From Sphagnum compactum (lineage: Eukaryota): 64,000 bases of DNA. Below, piece by piece: positions 13,458 to 26,298 of this stretch. How positions within the stretch are numbered: position 1 is the first letter of the stretch; every line of letters starts with the position of its first letter. The notes under the pieces are model-generated. The model saw nothing but the letters and a program-made list of their open reading frames with translations. It made no database searches and was not told the origin of the DNA. The stretch lies in the NCBI GenBank assembly GCA_965153455.1, contig OZ234493.1, positions 372,001 through 436,000 on the forward strand, written 5' to 3'. The position numbers and the translations under genes are program-made.

Positions 13458-13952
13458 GTGCGTGTTGCGGAACTTGGGAGAGACAAAAAAAAATTAGATC
13501 CGAAAGCAGTGAAATACGTTCGAGATTGACGCTGCTGCTGCTGTTGTTGTTGGTTGATTGAATTCGCTTTCCTTGAGTGAGGAATGTTTTGGTGTAGTAG
13601 TACCTTGGAGCTTCTTTCTTGTGGTGCTTGGATCTCCTCTTCTTGTTCGTTTCTTTGATTGCTCTTTATGTTCTGGCTTTAGTTTTTCTTTTCTGTTTTG
13701 TGTGGCATTTCGATGTTCAGATTTTTTTTGGTTTCTTCGTTAGCCGTAGCGCGGTAGACGAGTTTTCCTCTCTAGACTCTATCTGGGGTTTGATGGTTTC
13801 GAATATTTGAGGGCTGCTTTTTGGGCTCTAGTAGTGCTCAATTTGTGACTCTGGAAGAATTCCTCTTGGACTTGTTTGATGGTTTGGAATTTTGAGGGTT
13901 CATTTCTTGATCATGATAGATCTTTCATGATACGGGTTTCTCTTCCAAACAG
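13458..13952 (+). other. Putative 5'-UTR intron of the DUF740-like gene
   Basis: AAG|GTGCGT donor at 13458, T-rich interior and TCTTCCAAACAG acceptor at 13952, following a CpG-rich island with a telo-box (TAGGGTTT). Confidence 0.5.
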
Positions 13953-14314
13953 GTTTGCCAAAGTTTTTGGCAGTTTTAGGTTTATGAATTGAAACTTTTC
14001 TTCACTCTCTCCATGCCATCTTCATGTCTCATGGATGCTGCCATGTGATGTTTTGAGCTGGTCATGTTCTCTTGAAGCTTGCTTAGACTTAAAAAAAGTA
14101 GGATAGATTTAAGGAGAAATACAACACCATCTGAAGCTTGCAGAGTGGTGACTCTCTATGCAGGGCAAACTGCAGGTTGGTGTGGACAGAGAAATACAAG
14201 TTCTGTTATTGTGGAGAGGTAAAGGTGGTTCAAGCTTGAGCTTGGGATGTGGGATCGTGGGGAGAAGCTGAGGAGTTAGAAACTGGAGGGAGGTGTTTGG
14301 TGAGTTGGGGGGTG

Positions 14315-15979
14315 ATGGAGAAGCTTGATGGGAGGGGATCATGTAAGTGGCACCCAAGGAAACAAGGGGAAGGAGTGTGCGCATGGTGTCTGCGGGAGTC
14401 GCTTATCAAGCTAGTGGCCTCTCAGGGAAGAGATGAAGACACCTCCTCTCTTGATGAATATCAAGAAAAGTTTGATTCAAAGGTGATGCCAAATGGTGGC
14501 AGAAAGAAAGAAGGTGACAGTCAGCTCCCACTTGTGCAACTGTGGCGTTCAAAGTCGGTACGGGATGAGGAGTTGGCCAAGAACTCAGTGTCCGGTGTCG
14601 ATAGCAATCTCTTCCCCCTCAAAGCAAGATTGCATGGCTTGAAAGGAATGGGTGCTGTTGATTGTGAGGGAGGGAGGGACAAACAAGAATCAGCAAGAGC
14701 TTCTGATGCGCAGAACCCTTTTGATCCCTACTCTATTAGTGCAAGTAAACAGGCTAATCAGGCCCAAACTTCTCGCCCAAGAGGCAAAAACTCATGGAAA
14801 TCAGCTGTGGTTCGCATCAATGCTTTGAAGAATGCCTGGGGAACGTTCTGGAAATCAGAAAGGGGGGGAGATGATCCTACAGGTTCAAAGCTGAAGACAG
14901 GGCATGAAATAAGGGGAAAGCTTGCAGCCATGAATGATGAACCCCAATGCAGACCTGGTCAGTCTTTGGAACCATCTGCAGCTAATACTGACCCTAAAGA
15001 CTCTAAGCGACCTTCTATTGGCAGCAGGGTTAGCCCATTTAGCAGCAGAACTTCTCTCTTAAAGGTGAACAAAAAATCAGTGAGTGCTGCTAACTCAATT
15101 GAAGAAAGCAGCAACAAGGATTCAAGAGCGTTTCACAACCTTAGCACTTTAGAAGATTTTTCCCGAGAATGTATTATTGAGAGAGTTCAAGTTCACAATG
15201 TGGATACAAATGTTGTGGAGGAGAGTCCACGAAGATCTGGGTTTGAAGGAACTCAAGGTATGGGTTATGAACAAACTGTGGAAGAAAGTTGTCCAAGTCA
15301 TACTGATGTGCAATATACTGAAGTATCCTGGGTGGATGATGGAAACTACAATGATCAATCTGGCTGTGCTGTTGATGCTAAGCAATCTGTGCCACAGTCC
15401 AGTAACAAGGCCTCACCTTGGAGGATGTTTTCTCGCTCTAGCAGCAGGCAGAGTCCACAAACACAGCTGCGATCTGATGAACGAATATCAATCCCCAACA
15501 TTTTCAAGTTTCCGATGAGTCGCTCCAAGTCTGTTCGCAAGTCACAGGTGGCTTCACCTCCACCTGACTCCAAGCAAGTTCCTCGCAGCAGTAAACTTAG
15601 CCCATGGTCCAGAACTGTATCTAGATCCAGCAGCAAGTGGAGCCCTTTCTCTTCAAACTCTGAGATGAGGGGCGAGGCTGCTTTGTTTCCAGATGAGAGT
15701 CCTGGAAGGCTCAAGTCTGTTCTCCACACACAGTCGGCATCATCATCCCCATATGTATCCAAACCTGAAGCTGCAAAGCACAGTTCTCAGAGCAGTAAGA
15801 CCAGTCCATGGTCTAGCAACCTATCTCGACCCAGTAGCAAAGCAAGCCCTCTGATTCTGTCATCCAGTGCACATACCAGAGACCAGACAGACAATGAGTT
15901 GATGGGTGAGGCAGTGCGCTACAGACTGGATCCTGATGGAGAGATTAGTCAATTTTTGCAGTCAAGGTTTCAAGCATGA
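14315..15979 (+). CDS. DUF740 / OCTOPUS-like protein (554 aa) with an N-terminal Cys/His motif and a long Ser-rich disordered tail
   Basis: Single long ORF; first in-frame ATG is 14315. The N-terminus SCKWHPRKQGEGVCAWCLRESLIKL fits the CxxHP...G.CA.CL.E.L motif of the plant DUF740 family, and RSKSV motifs are present. Confidence 0.8.
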   Translation: MEKLDGRGSCKWHPRKQGEGVCAWCLRESLIKLVASQGRDEDTSSLDEYQEKFDSKVMPNGGRKKEGDSQLPLVQLWRSKSVRDEELAKNSVSGVDSNLFPLKARLHGLKGMGAVDCEGGRDKQESARASDAQNPFDPYSISASKQANQAQTSRPRGKNSWKSAVVRINALKNAWGTFWKSERGGDDPTGSKLKTGHEIRGKLAAMNDEPQCRPGQSLEPSAANTDPKDSKRPSIGSRVSPFSSRTSLLKVNKKSVSAANSIEESSNKDSRAFHNLSTLEDFSRECIIERVQVHNVDTNVVEESPRRSGFEGTQGMGYEQTVEESCPSHTDVQYTEVSWVDDGNYNDQSGCAVDAKQSVPQSSNKASPWRMFSRSSSRQSPQTQLRSDERISIPNIFKFPMSRSKSVRKSQVASPPPDSKQVPRSSKLSPWSRTVSRSSSKWSPFSSNSEMRGEAALFPDESPGRLKSVLHTQSASSSPYVSKPEAAKHSSQSSKTSPWSSNLSRPSSKASPLILSSSAHTRDQTDNELMGEAVRYRLDPDGEISQFLQSRFQA

Positions 15980-18900
15980 GCAGAATGACTCACATGTGCT
16001 TAGGAGAGCCTAAGATGAGCATCAAGCCCCACGTCTATGTTCCAGAAAGCAAGCAGGCCTACAAGTGGTGTTGAAAATGGCTTTGGTCCACCTCTATACA
16101 AGAGGAATTGGTCAACATGAGGGAGACTTGCAGCAAGGGACATGACAGGGATTTGGAAAAGCCAAGTTTTTCCTCCATAGGTTACAATAGCTATGTGTAA
16201 TATGCATGCAGGGGATCCTGGAGCAAGGTTGGTGGAGGACATGACCTGATTCTGGAGGAGACCCGTCTTTCAACAACTCCTTCAACAATTGTTGGGCCTG
16301 TTGTTGCAAGCTGAGTGACATTTCATGTCATGTACAAGTGAGATTGTTGATTACAAGGTTCCTGTAGGTAACCTGGCAACTTGGGCATTCACTATTTGTC
16401 CTTGTGGGGTATGTAATTACTGGGTTGGTTTGCAGATATAGACCTGCAATCAAGGCAGCTCTGATTCCAACACATGTCATTGTTGGAGCTGAAACAGCTG
16501 CAATGAAGAGAAGGAAGGTTCAGTATAGAACTACTGGGAAAGTACTTGGAATGGATAGTGTACATAATTGTTCGGACTTTGTAAACTTCATTTACTGAAT
16601 GGCATCAAAGTTGAATTGTCCTTGGTATCTGAATCTCTTGAATGTCCACCAGCTCCAAACCCCCTTTTGTCTTGGGTCATTGGAGGAGCCATGCTGCTTA
16701 GGAATATGTGCTGTGTGAAGGGAGTGTTTGGATCCTGCCTTCTAACTTCCCAGCCTTGTGTGCTCTGGTTTCAGGGAAGTTTGTTGTAGTTTCTTGCCGC
16801 TGGCACCAGTCAATCTTTGGAGTATAACACTCATTGAAGGAACTCAGACTTTCTTTTCAAAGGGAATTAGCCTGGGCCAGCATATGACTTCTTCTGGTGT
16901 CCCACCCATGTATTTTTTCCACAGGCAGGAATCATCAATGTTGCAGAGATGGAGCTCTGGTGGCATTGTGAAGGGATAATCAGAGTTGCCTGATATTTCA
17001 TGCTCAAAAATCAGGAGGGTGACCTATGGATGGCATTTTGTTAGTGTTAGTTTGGTTGATAATAGACAGAATGGAGAGTAGGGGGCAGCCATGTCATGAA
17101 TAGCACTCTGGGTGCATTCCTGAAATGTCCATTGATATCATTCTGTGGCCTCCTTCACTGATTGTATCTGTTCCAGGTTTTTGTCACATCAGATCATAAG
17201 TGGCATTTGTTGTAGGAGTTTCTGGTCACAATGTTGAAGCTATGCAATCAGTAATCTGTGTCTTGGACATGTCCCTGAGCATGGAGAAAGCATGCAGGAG
17301 ACTTATGTTGGAGTGTTCAACTCATGAACTCATAGAGGGTTGTTGATGTGCACTTTGATGTAAGCACTCTAGACCATGATTTATCATTGACATGCCTGTG
17401 CTTACAATCAATCCATGATAGTTGACTTAATTTCAGCAAATTCATAGCTGCATTGATGAATTTGTAATCAATGGAGCTTTGTAATGAGGGAATTTGCAGA
17501 TCAAGCTTGATATGCGCAATGTCTGATGCTTGCATACATCCATGCACAGGTGTTGAAGTTTTGCATTTCTGAGAACCACTGAGGAAGCTTTTCCTTAGCT
17601 GCAGAGTCTGGAGCAAGGTGTAATTCTCTTTTCTAGAAGGAAACAAGAAACACCCTGATGCTAGCCAAAGCCTCTTACACATGCTGCAGGTTTCTCCTTT
17701 CCAGCAAGGTGGGTTCTCCATCCGAAACCAATTGTCATCAAACACAAGTCAGATTTGCCGTTCCACTGCATTTTCAGATATCTAAACTGTTTGCCAAAAA
17801 GATTAGAAGGTGGATCACCAGGCACAAGAGTAGTTCCAAAATTAAAAGTGTGATGTAAAATTGATTCCAATCTGATGTCAAATTTCAAATCACAACAGCT
17901 TTAAACTCAACATGTCATGAACACACTTAGATAGCAAAAACAAAGTGTAGAATTTATGTATTATTGTCCTGTTTTACAAGCACAGAATGTCTTTGTTTTT
18001 GGAGTTGACTTACAAACATTGCACGAATTTTGTCACAAAATTCTATTTGCAAAATAATTTTTGTTGGATGTTAAATGAAATTCAAATCCCCAGAATTGAA
18101 TGTTTTCCCTTTTTCTTAATAATTGTCACCCATGGATCACTGTTGATGTTTCATCAATATTGTGGATATTGATGGAACACCCACAATGTTCAAAAAGGGA
18201 TGGGCAAATTTTTTTTTCCCACACCCACACCTGGGCTTCTGTCCATTACTTTTGGTGGCCAAATTTTTTTTTTAAGGAAAGGTAGAGCTGGAGTGTATTC
18301 TACATGATTAAATTAGTATCAAATAAGTCATAGAATATTGTGGCAATATCTAGTTCAAGTGCATTCCTTGCAATAAAAAACTATCTAGGATGACTTTGGT
18401 GTTGCCTAAGGGTGTTTCTGACCATGTTTTATGAAACTTTTGAGCTTTGTTATGTGTCATATGCCTCATCCTAATCATACTTGTCACCCTGTGAGCACCC
18501 AACTTCTACAATAAATGGTTTCAACGTTTTGCATCACTTCGCATCCCACAACTAAAAACATCACTTCATATCCAAAGTTTGTTCTGGTTTCAATGATTCT
18601 GCCACCTCACATCTCACAACTAGACATCACTTGTTATCTCTATAAGTGCAGCTCCATCAGCAACATTAGAATGTCATGTAAACTCTAATTTGGATGAAGT
18701 TTAGGCTTTAAATTGCAGAGTTTGGACTTGTAAACATACACATGATATAGTGCTCTCCAAAAGGGCCAAGAAAGAAATATGATCGGACTTTGATTGGCTA
18801 GTCACAAAGGTTGGACCGTGTGGCATTGATCTTCATTGTATGAACATTGTAAGCTTTTAAAGTATTTCACGTTTATGTGTGGAAATAACTTGCACATCAC

Positions 18901-19739
18901 TTTGAATGTGGTAAACACTGGCAAATGTCCATATACCAAGTGTGAGTGGAGATGCTCTTAAGAGCATCCCCACTGGTGCTCAGTATGTGACCCTGAACAT
19001 CAAAGTCGGATGAAGAAAAGTCTACATATGTTGGTTTGGCTCAGGAAAATGGTTTTTTTCTCCAACATATTTGTTCGGGTTGCTGAGGCTGGTAAAAAGC
19101 GCAGCAAAGCTGTGCACCTGCTAGAGAAGAGTGTAATAAATATGACCTGCGCTCCCTGTTTCTGATTGGCCAATCATAATGATTTGTCCAGGTGGTTTGC
19201 TATTAGTAATTCCCACCTATTTGCAGATAGACCCTGTTTCAATCTTATGGATGGGGTTCAGTGTTTTTTTTTCATTTTTGCAAAGTAGCCAGTGTGGCCA
19301 CCTCTAATGTACAGTTGGTGCTCCTCTGGCTAAAAGCAAGGTGGTGCAAGAGTTCTCTATGGCCCCACTAGCATATTACTTATATAAACCTGGCTGCCAC
19401 TTCAATTTTTATGGTGAATTATTTGACCCTTTCACACAATTGTTGGGTGAAAAAAAGCTGGCTAGATCTAAAATGAACATAGAGTTTTTTGGCTATCAAA
19501 CAATTGTATTTGGAGCTTATATGGTGAAGTGTGAGATATTGTTGTCAGAATTTGGCAACCACTTGTAGAATTCTAATTGTAGAATTTTCAAGGATGTTGA
19601 TTAATGTAAGAAGAGAAACAATTGCAATTGGAGTCCAGAGAGTTGGTAGACTTGTAAAACAACCACTAAATTCAGCAAACAGAATAGCACATTGAGAAGG
19701 GCCAAAAAAATTATGCCTTTACAAAAACATAGCCTGCAA

Positions 19740-20350
19740 TTCAACAAACCACAAAAGATTTTGCAGTTGTAGAAATGCTACTAGCAACTCCACAAAACAA
19801 CTACACCCTAAACCTCAAAGAAGTAGCGTTGTTGTGTTGCTCTCCACTCCAATACATTAGCATACGGGAAATTCTCCAAAGTGTAAAATTGCTAGAATTG
19901 TTGTGCAAACATGCGCACAACAATTGGGAGATGAGTAGTAAGCTTGTTGTGAAGCTTTGACTTCATAAAAGCTAGAGTTGAGAAGCATTTCTCATCCTCC
20001 ACACTGCCTATTATGTGTACCATTGCCAATTTAACAAATTTGACATACTTAGGGAAGCTAGAGACCAATATCCGAGATGTTGTCACAAGGTGCCACATTC
20101 TGGTTAACGGATTAATGTCAAAAGAGGGCACCATACAAGTTGTTGCATTTGACCTCATTGTGAGCTTGAACATGCCTTGTTGACAGTCAAGATCAATAAC
20201 ATTCAAGAACTTTTGCACTTGAACCTCTTGTTCATCCACGTTGTGCATTATTTTGCCATAGCAGAAAGTTGCTTTAAAAACTTGAAGGTGATTAAATTCA
20301 CAAGGCAAGGTTTGGATTCACAATCCTATCTTTCAAAAGCAAAATTCTTT
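19740..20350 (-). pseudogene. hAT transposase C-terminal (dimerisation domain) remnant
   Basis: NPLTRMWHLV...FPKYVKFVKLAMVHIIGSVEDEKCFSTLAFMKSKLHNKL matches the hAT S..E R.FS...K...RNRL signature in degenerate form. Confidence 0.8.
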
Positions 20351-21224
20351 CAACATGTCAAAGCTTCCAAATTGTGGGAGAAATAGTCTGAAATCTTTCA
20401 CCAACATTTTGAGAGCATATGGGTTAGACCAGCAAAGGTAAAGTAACATAAGAGTTGTAGAGAGTTCTAGATTAGAAACAAAAGTTTTAGCATATCAACC
20501 AAAACAAGGAGGGCATCTTAGAGTAATCAAAGAGGAACTACAAGAACTAGAGGTGGATCAGCAAAATTTGAATAGTAGAGTAGCCATTGAAGATCTACAA
20601 CAACTTGAACATCAAGGATTAAATCCTAGTGCTATCAAAGAAGAGATAGAAAATTAGGATTTAAACGTGGATGTAGAGGGACAACTAAGAAAGTTTGCAA
20701 TAGATCAGCTTTACAACCAAAAGTTCAAGAAGTTTCTATGTTACCGCTAGGTGCAAAGTTTTATAATTCGTAAATATAATCTAGGTAGTCACAAGAGAGG
20801 CAGATTTTATCTAGCTCCAAGAAATCGTAGTTTGTTGTTCACACCTACTGCCTATATCAAAACAACAGACCAAGATTTAATTTGGGATGATTTTGAATAG
20901 TTTTATGCATTGATAACTTCTTCCTAACAACTAGAGACATATGCATTTTAGACACACCCTGACTTGTCATACTTCCTTGAAAGTTGGGCAAAATACAAAA
21001 GATTCAAGTTTGTACTTCTTGTAGGGCCAAATAACACACCCCCAATGTGTTGGAGGTTGGGACCAAGGGGATCTAGATCATGATGATCAATGTACCTCAT
21101 AAGAGGTGAAGTGGACTATAGGAGGAATTAAGCCAAGACAAGGAAAATGTCCCACCATCTTGTAGACATGAACTAGCAAGAAAACAAAGGAGAGTTAATA
21201 GATGTGATCCTTTAATCACTAGAG

Positions 21225-23110
21225 GCAAATGGACCAATGAAGCATTGGAGGAGGCCATGGATGCAATTGAAAATGGGACAACTTCATTAAGGAAGGCAAG
21301 TAAGCACTAAAACATACATTTTATTTCATTGTCTGATCATTTATATGGGAAAACAAGATCTAGGAAACTTGAACCAACAGGTGTGCTAACAATAGAAGAA
21401 AATCAAGTTGTGGTTGCTTAAGTTTTTTCCATGTAGGAAGTTGGGCTATCAATTAGCCTACAATAATTAAAAATGAAAGTGGTAGAACTGATTCAAACAA
21501 GGCCAACACCTTTTCGAGGAAAGGTACTAAGGAGTTCTTAATGGTATTGGTTCAAGAAGAGACATCCTAAGCTCAACATTCGTTAAACTAAAGGAGTGGA
21601 AATTAACTAAGCACAAAGGTTGACAATTCAATCTTGCCAAAGCTTTTACCAAAACTTATAGTCCCATTACAACAAACACAACTATGTTGCAAACCATATT
21701 TGAAATTCTAATGAAACATGCATCTAAGCAAAAAGATAATCAAAAGCAAAGGTTCTTGCAAAATGAGGTTCACACTAGGTGTACAACATTATCCCAAAAT
21801 CCAAGGAGTGGTTGATTGTTAATTGTGTGGTCAATGTAATAGGAACAACACTGCCAGGGTTCTACATATTTAGAGGAGAGAGGATATGTGACGATTACAT
21901 ACAATTCTGCAAATTAGGGACTTGTATGGCTATGCAATCAAAGGCATGGATGACTACCTTCCTTTTCAAAAAGTTTTTGTCTTTTTTCAAAAGGTGTATA
22001 CCAAGTGGAATATCCATAACAAATAGACATATGTTCATCTTGGCTGGGCATGCATCCCATGTCACCCTTGAGGCAATTGAACAAGCTCAAGAGTTTGGGT
22101 TGGATATGATTATATGATTACTCTACCTTCACATACATTTCATGCAATTCAGCCCTTATATGTGGTTTGCTTCAAGCCTTTCAAGATTGCTTTCAAAAAG
22201 GAAAGAGACATAACAATGGTTAGGAAGAATTACACAGAACTATATAAGATAACATTGGCAGGGTGGGTAGACACAGCATTAGACCTAGCACTTACAAGTC
22301 AAATTATCATGTCAAGGTTCAAAGGTACAGGGATCTGGCCATTTAACCCTAAGGCTATGGATTCAAAAATTGGCTTTGTACACATTGTAAAATCAAGCCA
22401 GGGAAGAAAAAGAATCAAAGCAGGAGGATGGTGAAGAAGACTGGATAGAACATATAGTTGTAGAAGAACTCAGCAACATAGGCTCAACAATAAAAGTTCC
22501 AAATATTGCTAGTCTATCTAAAGATCAACCTAGGTATTATGTGAACATGCCTATAATTCCTACAATCACTAACCATGCATCTATAATAAAGTCAGAGAAC
22601 ATGGTTGAAAATTTGGCACAACCTTCATTGGATGAAACTGCAAAGCTTAGAAATTCTAAAAGTTCAACTCAAGTGGCATTAGCATAGGGGTGTCATGGTT
22701 TGCTGTCATTGCCACATTTGCCTGTAAGAAGGACCAATGGAAGAGAACCATTCATCGATTATTGTCAAAGCCATGTTGTAACCTTAGAAGAGTATTTGAA
22801 GATTATGCGACAAAAGGCAATGGATAAGGAGGCAACAAAGTGAATCCGAGAAAGCAAAAGGAAAAAAAGACACAATAAACAAGCAAGAAAAACACTTACA
22901 TTGTTGATTGCAGCTGAAAAACTAGTTGAAAGAGAACTTATAAAACAACAATGAGCTAATTTCATTACAGCTTGGTCATCTTTAACAGTTAGAGAGGCAA
23001 GAGATAAATTTCATTCCAATTTCAAGGCAAGTTTGCGAGCTCACCCTCTTGGATACAAGAATGTGAATCTTGGTGAAATAACGCAGGTGCAAAAACAAGC
23101 TTAGTAATGA
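21225..23110 (+). pseudogene. Decayed pogo/Tigger-like (CENP-B HTH + DDE_1) transposase
   Basis: KWTNEALEEAMDAIENGTTSLRKAS (psq-type HTH), WFKKRHP.L, SKAWMTTFLF, MFILAGHASH, LPSHTFHAIQPLYV.CFKPFK and FKGTGIWPFNP. Numerous stops. Confidence 0.88.
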
Positions 23111-23184
23111 GCCTTGGCTCGGATTCAAGCCAAAAGGGAAGTTGTAGCATCCCTACAACAACCACAAATGGACAACTAAGTTAT

Positions 23185-23430
23185 TAGGGTGGAATAGCTA
23201 ATGGGTGGAACAACTGTAAGTGAGGATGAATAAGATATCAAGAAGAGTAGCTAATGCTAGGGTGGAATAACTAAGAGAAGGAACAACAACTGTTAAGGTG
23301 GACAAACTAAAACGAGGATCAACTTTTGTTGGGTTGGAATAACTAAAAGAAAGAGCAGGTGTAATTGAGGATGAACAAGAAGTCAGGAGTAGTTGCTATT
23401 AAGGTAGAACAACTAGGAGGAACAATAACT
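23185..23430. repeat. Degenerate short tandem repeat (GGTGGAA(T/C)AACT core)
   Basis: The core recurs about six times with variable spacers. Confidence 0.55.
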
Positions 23431-24439
23431 ACTGTTGATGATGAACAATGTTTTTTGGTGATGTTAAGATTGAAGGATCTCCAATGATTCGATAATTGCT
23501 GATGTGATGCAAATTTACATGCAATTTTCCATATGGAAATGATTGTCTTACAAATCTATCACTGTAGACTAGATCAACAATTGTACATTTTTTGGTGATG
23601 TCAAAATTGAAGGATCTCCAATCTTGTAACTCCAAAATGTCAAATGAATTTACATGCATTTTCTTACATTGAAGTAATCAAAGTAACACCGCTAACAACC
23701 ACAATAATTTGATTCAATAGTAAATAAACTTATTAATACATTTGTGGAAATCACTCTAATCACTTACTTGAAAACTAGACCATCAGCATTATGTATAATC
23801 CAAATCATCACAACAATCCCCATTACAAAAATGTATTTTCTCCATTACATCTATGCTCATCTTCAACCCAAATGTAAGTACACTACAACAGAGAGTAGAC
23901 ATTTTTAGCTAGTGAAGATGAACTTTGAGTTGAAGAGTAACACTTTAGTTGAGATCAAGGAAGGGCAAATTGAAGTTCAACTACCACTAGTTTGGAAGAT
24001 GCAAAAGAACCTACTTCAAGCGGTGCACCAAGCTGCAACAAATGAAATGGGAAAAACTAGACTTGCAACAAATAACAACCAAGATCATCCACTATTGAAC
24101 TATTTATCAGAAAGCACACCATCAAAATTGAAAAACAGTTTCATGTTGCTTGATCCACGATTACAAATGCAAAAGTTTTGACAAAAATGTTTACTGTTGC
24201 AATGTGTTTTGATTTTGTTCCACCTCATTGATCTTTTAATTGGCAAAGGGACATGAGAATAAAAAAACCAAACAACCAAGTTGTGCACTCCCTTTGCTGC
24301 AGAAAAACTTGAGCAAGAAGTTCGAACCAAGGAGGTTCAAGCTCCTTTCAATCTTTCAAACTTGGCCTTGCCTACTTGCATGAGATTTGTGCACATGTTA
24401 GAGCTTCACGCTTATGTCCCTGCAACATAAAAAGGTGAA

Positions 24440-24920
24440 TGAGAATTGAGTCGAGAGGAGCTTGACCTGTGCATGGAGAAGAGACAAACAGGGGAGCGAG
24501 AGTCTTCCGTGCACGGAAAGAAACGGATAGGGGAGTGAGAGTTGGGTCAAGGGGAACCTAACCCATGCACGGAGAAAAGACGGACATGGGAGCGAAAGTC
24601 GGGTCGAAGGGAACCCGACCCGTGCACGTAGAGAAAACAAACATGGGAGCGAGAGTTGGGTCGGAGGGAACTTGACCCTTGCATGGAGAAAATACAGACA
24701 ACGCAGTAAGAATCGGGTTGGAAGGAGCCCAACTCATGCGCAAAGAAGAGATAGAAAGGGGAGCAAGCGTCGAATCAAGGGAACTTGACCCGTGTAGAAA
24801 GGAGATCGAGTGGGAGTTGAGGCGTGGGGGTCACGCACAGAGAGGAGACGAACGGGAGGAAAGCTCAAAAAAGGGACGAGCAATGTAATCGTGGGAATCT
24901 GACCCATGTGTGGAACGGAG
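24440..24920. repeat. Degenerate ~60-bp minisatellite, probably TE subterminal
   Basis: Unit like GGGAGCGAGAGTTGGGTCGAAGGGAACCCGACCCGTGCACGGAGAAAA recurs about 6-7 times. Confidence 0.8.
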
Positions 24921-26298
24921 ATGGAAGGGGGAGGGGGGTAGGGGGTTTTTGGGTCAGCACTACATGGGAGAGTGGCGGCTAATTTAGGGTTTAATAAACC
25001 TTTAGGTTTTGATAACCAAACATTGTTTTGCCTTTTTTTAGGGTTTTAATCTCAACCCTTGAATAAAGGTGTTTAGTTTTTTCAACGAACATGATTAGTT
25101 TGAGCATGAAATTGTTTGGTGACATGGTGGACTTGTGCAAAGGTGTTTGTTGATAGGATTTCCATTGCTTGAACATAGATAGAAAAAATGTTTAGTGACT
25201 TTTTTTTTTTGGGACAATGAGACTTAGAACTTCGAGAGGCCATATCTTTTGCATCTCTGGTCCAAATCAAACGATCTAAAGCGTAATAGGTGCGCCCAGA
25301 GCTCCTTTATAACTCAACTTTGGACCCCCGTGGCAATCGAGGTCTGCCTAGATCACAAAGTTCCTCTGTGTTTTTAAGTGTACTATGACCGGCCAGTTTA
25401 CCCTAGCATTAGTGGAGGTGTTGAGGAATAAGGACAGACAAGATGAAACTCAGTTTACCACCAAAATTGATCGTTTTCTGAGTTTCATACCCCGTTGAAT
25501 GCTAATGTACTCTTTTGCAGGTTTTTCTTAAATCTCACCTTGTGTATGACCAAACTCAGGGTTCTGGTGCTGTGTTTTTCTTACTTTATGGATAACTCTA
25601 ATGTCCCTTTGAAACAAAATCGAACTTTGAACCTTTCACCCAACTCGCTATGCTTGTTGCGGGAAAGAACTGTTGGGTTAGATCCGTGAAAAATTGGTTA
25701 CTCAAGAATCAGCCCAGGAGGTGACATGTTTTTTGCCTTTGGTTCAATCGTCGTTGGAAACGACGCATAAGCCTGCAACGACCCGTGTGCTCCAGGCGAG
25801 GACTGCTCAACCACCGCTGGGAACGGCTCTTGCGACAATGCACATACACCCGATCCATCTAGCTTGGGTGAGAGGCTGGGCGAAGAGCCAAGTACTTTGG
25901 TGCAATGCGCACAACGTATGGGTGGGAGTTCAGATGGCTCAGCTGGTTGCGCTACAACTAGTGCAATCGGTTGGTGCTAGATCTACGATAGGAGGCCCGA
26001 TCAACCAGGAAGCTGGGGCCCCACCCCCTCCAGGTTTTCCCCACACAATATTGAGTATAAAAAGGGTGAAGGACAATATGCGGCTAGCTTACATTGAAAA
26101 TCTCTTTACCAATCGCGAGATCAGGACCAGCGTGCAGACAAGATACTTGCGCTTCAAGGGTATGTTGTACAAGAGCGAAAGCTACTTGTGTGACATCAGC
26201 TATGTTCAGCTACGAAAAGCTCTGGCCCGGTTTTGATGTGGTAACACGCAGCTTGAGGTAGTGCTCGGTGCGTGGAAGGGCGTGCCATACGTAGAGAG

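Noticed and set aside
24440-24920. ~60-bp periodic repeats as a CRISPR array or tRNA/SINE cluster
   Set aside because: The whole unit is degenerately repeated, with no cloverleaf or clear A/B boxes.
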